From positions 32,001 through 96,000 of IMG/VR virus record IMGVR_UViG_3300008267_000006: a DNA stretch of 64,000 nt, one strand, 5' to 3'. Shown one piece after another: positions 59,701 to 64,000 of the stretch; position 1 is the first letter of the stretch, and each line of letters starts with the position of its first letter. Source of the stretch: a virus. A program made the position numbers and the translations under genes. Below the pieces are notes generated by a model. The model did no database searches and was not told where the DNA came from. It saw only the letters and a list, made by a program, of their open reading frames with translations.

Positions 59701-60145
59701 GTCCAGATATTGTAGACCCAGATGCTTTTAAGATATAATTTCCTACTGGTATTGATGTTCCGGTTCCGCCGTAATTAACAGGCAGCGCACCAGAGTTAAC
59801 ATTGCTTATGTTTTTTACTTGAACATAGCCCGAGTAATTACCACTTAAGTCACCTACAGCTTCGCCAGTATAGTCATTAACTTGTAAACCAGAAGCAATC
59901 CATTTTGTACCATCCCACGCAATAGCACCAGACATAACAGTTCCCGCTGGAAATGTTGTTAAAGCACCATTTGATGCGCTAAGTATACCTATTGAAGTTG
60001 GCGCAACAGAAGAAAATGCCACTGCGCTAGCTGAAATATATGAAGCACTTATATTATTTGTTACATCATCCACAGAAAGTGAAGATGTACTGTTAAGAAT
60101 AACTTTACCATCTCCATTTGAGAGTACAATTTTTTGTTTAGCCAT
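56747..60145 (-). CDS. Glycine-rich fibre with three laminin-G/ConA-like domains
   Basis: LPVNYGGTG; three FTxExWxY...WxHIxxVR...GYxxxxR repeats. Confidence 0.82.
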   Translation of the reverse strand: MAKQKIVLSNGDGKVILNSTSSLSVDDVTNNISASYISASAVAFSSVAPTSIGILSASNGALTTFPAGTVMSGAIAWDGTKWIASGLQVNDYTGEAVGDLSGNYSGYVQVKNISNVNSGALPVNYGGTGTSIPVGNYILKASGSTISGLGGFASGSILTSTNGVFEVNTPAWKPNVQIFTTPGSFTWKKPQNARFARVITQGGGGSGGNGTRQLTGLLIGGGGAGGGLAEATFDVSNISSAIVTVGAGGAQPSGTIAAGTYIAGNAGGQSSFTATGISIYGNGGAAGPVGSATVAAAVGGTSGGGSTLKTGGSSNSYNTINSTNDVVGGGGVGGAYTGTSSYSSAPTITKILNINGVYGYDYNLIANTVPTMSVTGGVGGNPTVNQSNIYDDPYVLLHMKPFYENKVDIVSTSSYSPAMAYTGSAGWTTASAPFAGGTSLAPRLYSINNTYDTGSITITPGYNLTSSNFTWESWIYLNSTGSNAGGAGDRMYLIDSRNAVSSANKYAIYTATGGKLGFYAGTGASSLLTSSAAVPTGSWQHIALVRSAGSFRFYINGTQDANTYTAAWSLTDATNITFGNSTLAVAQQLSLDGYMSNIRLSNTARYSGNYTIPTESFSNDSNTILLINGPQYSNAISNQTVDSSYYGRQVTFNGAANLTQSLTAFGDTAYVLSPMSATNKTGSITVSSGDDIGTRDFTVESWVYLNSSGSNKDINLPNGMRGYFVDTRVGSVNNSTRYAFTLHDNAKIGLYIGGSATMSATSSLSISLNQWSHISLVRKDGIANFYINGQKDIASASWASSLNNTVNGMTIGSHAIGTTNFTIDGYIDEFRITPKALYTASFTPSTTRFSDPYNPLLLMHMEPSGSYTATADSSKLKSNIYFQGVQSQATTPTITNTVGSPFSNSGNSILLSGSATSSPALTVVGAPVTRTEPFTFECWVYRKDNANAIDSCIFDTRATQASAGGIYAALSLSGQIKLYSNNAYFITSNLSVPLRRWTHIAIVRNGVNGNSCFYIDGIRDTKNFTISSTYNLVDTRMVLGSSIVTQGYTTYGYLDEIRLSKAVLYTGSTITVPTAPFPDPTGFSYTFPGEGSDGIYGSGGGGGGSTIGHSQELNRGYLAGKGGDGYVAVISW

Positions 60146-60163
60146 GTTATATGTCCTATAAAA

Positions 60164-61288
60164 TTAAGCCATTTGTCCGAATGTTTTTAGTTGTAATATA
60201 ACTTTTCCGGAAGTTGGACTGATATAACCTACTTGTGTAATATATTTTCCACTTGGTATGCTGCTATATTGAACAACACTACCATTTGGACCAACATATA
60301 CTGGCGTTCCAATGCCACTAACAAGTGAAGCACTGGTTACGGTTACTTCACCAAGTATCTTAACAGATATATCGTTTCCATCAGCTGCGTAGACTATTCC
60401 GATTGCATTACTTTTTAGATTATCTGAATAATCAGCTTTAACAACAGAACCACTTAAGGCAACAACGTTACCAACTGCAAATCCAGATCCTGTTAAATAT
60501 AAAACACTATAATCTTGTCCTTGGGCAGAAAGAGTACTAGATTGAGTTGGCGCAAGGCTTATAATTCCAGTTGAACTATCATATACTAAACTACCGCCAT
60601 CAACACTTATTTGTTTTCTAACATCAGAAGAGAAATTAGATAATTGTGACGCTGATAAATTTGTTAGTTTTGCACCGCTTCCACTAAACGAAGCAGTCAC
60701 ACTTGTTAGTGATATATTATCTTTTAATGTTAGTTCACTTCCGCTTGTTCCATCGCCTTGTAGATTTCCACTTGAAGAAACAGCTGAAATACCGCCATCA
60801 GCAGATATTGTTGCACTGCCGCCTAAAGAAACTGCTTGACCATTTATTGTTATCGAGCTATTCTGTAATGAAGCATTAGGAATATTAGTGATTCTTGCAT
60901 CTATTGCACCATCTAAACCACCAATTTGTGAAGCAGTTAAGTTAGTTATAGCAGAACCATTACCACTAAATGAAGCAGTTACATCTGTTAATGATATACT
61001 TGCTTTCATTGTAACAGGAGAGCCGCTACTTCCATCTCCTTGTAAATTACCACTTGTGTTCACGGTTGATAGACCACCAGATCCACCACCGTTATTTGTT
61101 GGTTGAGCACCAACCCAAGTACCACTTATAAATGTTAATACTTCGCCTTCTGAACCGACAACTACGTTAACTGCATCAGTACCTTGACCGATTAATACAC
61201 CACCTACAGGTAAACTTGATACACCAGTACCGCCTTGTGGAACCAAAATAGCTGAGTTACTCTTTAATCCTGAGAATGTTACAGACAT
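60164..61288 (-). CDS. Fibre/decoration protein; likely start MSVTF at 61288
   Basis: AAGGA SD; VPQGGTG, SGNLQGDG/ISLTxVTASFSGxG repeats, C-terminal AIGIV...GEV...TQVGY...FGQMA. Confidence 0.7.
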   Translation of the reverse strand: MSVTFSGLKSNSAILVPQGGTGVSSLPVGGVLIGQGTDAVNVVVGSEGEVLTFISGTWVGAQPTNNGGGSGGLSTVNTSGNLQGDGSSGSPVTMKASISLTDVTASFSGNGSAITNLTASQIGGLDGAIDARITNIPNASLQNSSITINGQAVSLGGSATISADGGISAVSSSGNLQGDGTSGSELTLKDNISLTSVTASFSGSGAKLTNLSASQLSNFSSDVRKQISVDGGSLVYDSSTGIISLAPTQSSTLSAQGQDYSVLYLTGSGFAVGNVVALSGSVVKADYSDNLKSNAIGIVYAADGNDISVKILGEVTVTSASLVSGIGTPVYVGPNGSVVQYSSIPSGKYITQVGYISPTSGKVILQLKTFGQMA

Positions 61289-61382
61289 GAAAAGTTTCCT
61301 TGGGCGTCTGCCCATGAAAAAAATAAAAAAACTACTATTAATAATTAGTCTTAAAAAACAATAAATGGACTAAGTATTAACT

Positions 61383-62072
61383 TTAAAAGTTTATGTCTGT
61401 TTGTCGCGTTGCTATAAGACGAACTTTTGTTCCTATAACAACTCCTGGATCAGTTGAAAGTGGGGTTGTAAGCAGAAATTTAACATTGTTTGAGCTATTT
61501 TCTTGCATCTCAACTGATATAAGGTCATTCGACCATGAATTTCTAGACGGATTATAGATCATAATATCAACTGATATATACTCTACGTCTGTCCACGGGA
61601 ATTGGCTATCGAATTCTGCAAGACCATTTGATGTTAAACCGGATTCAAATTTTTGTTTGTTGTTGTTTAGCTTGTTTTTTAGTTCAAATAATTTTGAATC
61701 TAGTGAATGTATTGCATTATCAACAAAATATAAGCCTTCACTATTTCTTGTTACGTCTGTAATTGTTTGAAAATTAGAGCTACCAGATAATTCTAGACTT
61801 CCTGTTACAAGTAAATGACCACTTACCTGTAATAATCCATTTACATCAAGAACTCCAACTTGTGAAAAACCAACCGCATAAGTTTTATCTGCTACATATA
61901 GGTCTTTTTCGAAATATACGCCCTCTTCTACCTTTAAACCTATCTGTTCTTCTGGGTTACAAGGGCTACTTTCACCTATGCTACCAGATACAACCAGTCC
62001 TTTTTTAGCTACAGCGTCTTGTTTTGCCGTTATTCCAGTTAGAACTTTTATTGATTTTATTGGATTTGCCAT
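61383..62072 (-). CDS. Virion structural protein, WxND paralogue family
   Basis: IKVLTGI; YISVDIMIY...WSNDLISV...VRLIA. Confidence 0.68.
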   Translation of the reverse strand: MANPIKSIKVLTGITAKQDAVAKKGLVVSGSIGESSPCNPEEQIGLKVEEGVYFEKDLYVADKTYAVGFSQVGVLDVNGLLQVSGHLLVTGSLELSGSSNFQTITDVTRNSEGLYFVDNAIHSLDSKLFELKNKLNNNKQKFESGLTSNGLAEFDSQFPWTDVEYISVDIMIYNPSRNSWSNDLISVEMQENSSNNVKFLLTTPLSTDPGVVIGTKVRLIATRQTDINF

Positions 62073-62086
62073 TATAAAGACCTAAA

Positions 62087-62809
62087 TTATGCTAACTGAC
62101 CAAAAACTCTTGGTTGAATGATTATTTTTGAATCATTGCTAAGATAACCAACTTGAGTAGCATAATTTCCTGCAACTAAATAGGAATATGTGCATAAATT
62201 ACCGCCTGTATATGCCCAAAAAACAGTTCCAGTTGTTAATGTATCAAAAAATAATGATTTAGGAGTTGCTTCTCCACTTGTCTGAACGTATACTCCATCA
62301 GAACCAGAGGAAACAACTATGCCTATAACATTTGAAAGCGTATTACTTGTATTGTTACACCTTGACAAACCAGTTGAAGATAGTGCAACTGCATCTCCAA
62401 CACTTATACTGCCTGAAGCTTTTGTAAATTTAACTGTTGGAAATGCACTTACGTTTGTTAATCTAGAGCCATCTCCACTAAAAGAAGCTGTTACGCTTGT
62501 TAGAGAGATATTATCTTTTAATCTTATCTCATCGCCACTTAAGCCACTGCCAGTTATATTACCACTAGATGAAACAGACGATATTCCAGAAGAATTACTG
62601 CTGCCACCAGTTGAACTACCGCTAAGACTTCCAGTTAAATTACCATATATGCTACCAGATATATAGAGATTGCCAATCACATAAGCATTTGATAGCTGTA
62701 CTCTTTGTGATACGTCATCATATCCAATGGTGCGAACTCCAGAAGAGTCTAATTCACTCTCCTCTAGATCACCATCACCACTTGATATGATAAATTTTTT
62801 GATTGACAT
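62087..62809 (-). CDS. Fibre/decoration protein, paralogue of 60164-61288
   Basis: SSGNITGSG...LKDNISLTSVTASFSGDG; VIGIV...GE...TQVGY...FGQLA. Confidence 0.7.
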   Translation of the reverse strand: MSIKKFIISSGDGDLEESELDSSGVRTIGYDDVSQRVQLSNAYVIGNLYISGSIYGNLTGSLSGSSTGGSSNSSGISSVSSSGNITGSGLSGDEIRLKDNISLTSVTASFSGDGSRLTNVSAFPTVKFTKASGSISVGDAVALSSTGLSRCNNTSNTLSNVIGIVVSSGSDGVYVQTSGEATPKSLFFDTLTTGTVFWAYTGGNLCTYSYLVAGNYATQVGYLSNDSKIIIQPRVFGQLA

Positions 62810-62819
62810 ACGTAGAACC

Positions 62820-63293
62820 TTATAATGCGCTAGAATCTAATTCAATTAATCCAACTTGAATATAAATTTTTCCATTTGGACCTTTAGAATTTAAATTTGT
62901 ATCATACCATGTTTCTATTTGAAAATTTTCTGGATTAATACCGGAAAAAAGATATGTTTTTGGTATAGTTTCTATTGGTTTTATAGACGGAGAAGGCGTT
63001 ATTGGAGTTGGCGCTGGAGTTACTATTTTTTCTGAACAATCATATAAATTAAAATTAAAATTTGTAGAGTTTACCGGTTTAACAATTTTATTTACATCTA
63101 ATGATGAGTAATGTACGTCTGATACAGAACCAACCGTTCTAGAAATAGATAGTTTTTCTAATTTAATATTATTATTAGCTAAAGCTTTTTTTATTATATT
63201 TTCACTTAAAGAAAACATAGAAAAATAATCTATAGAAAAATTATTAAATTTATATTCATTAAACTCCAAACTTGTAATCTCTTGTGCCATCAT
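62820..63293 (-). CDS. Hypothetical protein
   Basis: ORF in operon orientation. Confidence 0.65.
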   Translation of the reverse strand: MMAQEITSLEFNEYKFNNFSIDYFSMFSLSENIIKKALANNNIKLEKLSISRTVGSVSDVHYSSLDVNKIVKPVNSTNFNFNLYDCSEKIVTPAPTPITPSPSIKPIETIPKTYLFSGINPENFQIETWYDTNLNSKGPNGKIYIQVGLIELDSSAL

Positions 63294-63299
63294 ATTTTC

Positions 63300-64000
63300 C
63301 TAAATTTCAGGAGCATCATCCGACACCCATGGAAACCAACAACCGCCCCAGTAAACTTTTTTATAGTTTTTTGGACCAATAGTGTCAGCGACCACAGATC
63401 CTTCTTGAATAGAAGTTGGCGCCCACATTATGTCTGTAACATATCCCTTAAAAAGTTGTCTATCTTTATTAATAGAAAATAAAAACATTGGTAATTCTAA
63501 ATAAGAATTTGTAACATCTTTCTGCTTAAGAAAAATAGATGTATTTGAGTTACTTTCATTAATTGTGCCAAATATAGATTTATCTGTTACGTTTTTAGAA
63601 TTTTCAGAAAAACTATAAATAGTTGAAACTAAAGGTGTTTGCTGATCTGCATAAGCAGATTTAAATACTGAAAAATAATTTGCACCTAAATGTTGGCTAA
63701 TACTTGATGGCACTGTCGACTCAAGATTAGTATCAAAATCACCTTTTTCAGTTGTTTCTGTTGGGTTTCCATCTAAATCACAAAAAATTATTTTTGTCAA
63801 ATCATAAATATCAGTTATTGGAACATCAATATACCATTTATTAAGAGCCGTTTGTTGAATTGATCTTGAACCATTACCAACTTGTGAACTTTTTAAAGTT
63901 TCTACAATAGCAAGATAGTCTATAGCGTTTGCTGTAGTAATTGTATCATCTGGATTTAACTGTTTAACAGCATTTATAAAGGTAATTGTAAATGATGCAT
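63300..64000 (-). CDS. Hypothetical (probably structural) protein, 5' end outside the window
   Basis: The frame has no stop between the track's TTG start at 63800 and the window edge. Confidence 0.7.
   Translation of the reverse strand, partial: ASFTITFINAVKQLNPDDTITTANAIDYLAIVETLKSSQVGNGSRSIQQTALNKWYIDVPITDIYDLTKIIFCDLDGNPTETTEKGDFDTNLESTVPSSISQHLGANYFSVFKSAYADQQTPLVSTIYSFSENSKNVTDKSIFGTINESNSNTSIFLKQKDVTNSYLELPMFLFSINKDRQLFKGYVTDIMWAPTSIQEGSVVADTIGPKNYKKVYWGGCWFPWVSDDAPEI

Noticed and set aside
61289-61315. N-terminal extension MGRRPRKLF of the 383-aa ORF
   Set aside because: Corresponds to the leader hairpin and SD; the true start is probably 61288
1-64000. Alternative genetic code (stop-codon reassignment) as in some jumbo phages
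   Set aside because: Core genes are intact and densely packed under the standard code, and TAA, TAG and TGA all end genes at sensible positions
1-64000. tRNA, rRNA or group I intron
   Set aside because: Intergenic gaps are short and no cloverleaf or interrupted core gene was seen apart from the in-frame intein; not checked computationally

Overview
AT-rich 64 kb segment of a large, distantly T4-like contractile-tailed (myovirus-type, probably jumbo) bacteriophage genome. It uses the standard genetic code and is almost entirely coded on the minus strand; one credible plus-strand gene lies at 20120-20677. The window holds most of the virion module. Head genes: terminase, an intein-containing portal, prohead protease, scaffold and major capsid protein. 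Neck and tail genes: two neck proteins, sheath, two tail tubes, a frameshifted tail chaperone, tape measure and baseplate genes. There are also many fibre/decoration paralogues and a probable holin/spanin cassette. DNA-metabolism genes are interleaved: RecA/UvsX, gp32-like SSB, primase, RuvC-like resolvase and a single-chain Mre11-Rad50 fusion. The most notable observations are: (1) a tightly coupled unknown protein / exonuclease-less mini-PolA / degenerate tubulin-FtsZ cassette attached to the baseplate operon; (2) sigma70-like promoters repeatedly embedded in intrinsic terminators; (3) a candidate late promoter that is the reverse complement of the T4 late promoter; (4) a ribosomal protein bS21 homologue in the head cluster; (5) a stand-alone look-alike of the capsid propeptide; (6) an unannotated 24-aa Cys-Cys peptide. 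No CRISPR array, tRNA/rRNA or reverse transcriptase was recognised. All calls come from motif recognition by eye; no database searches were run.
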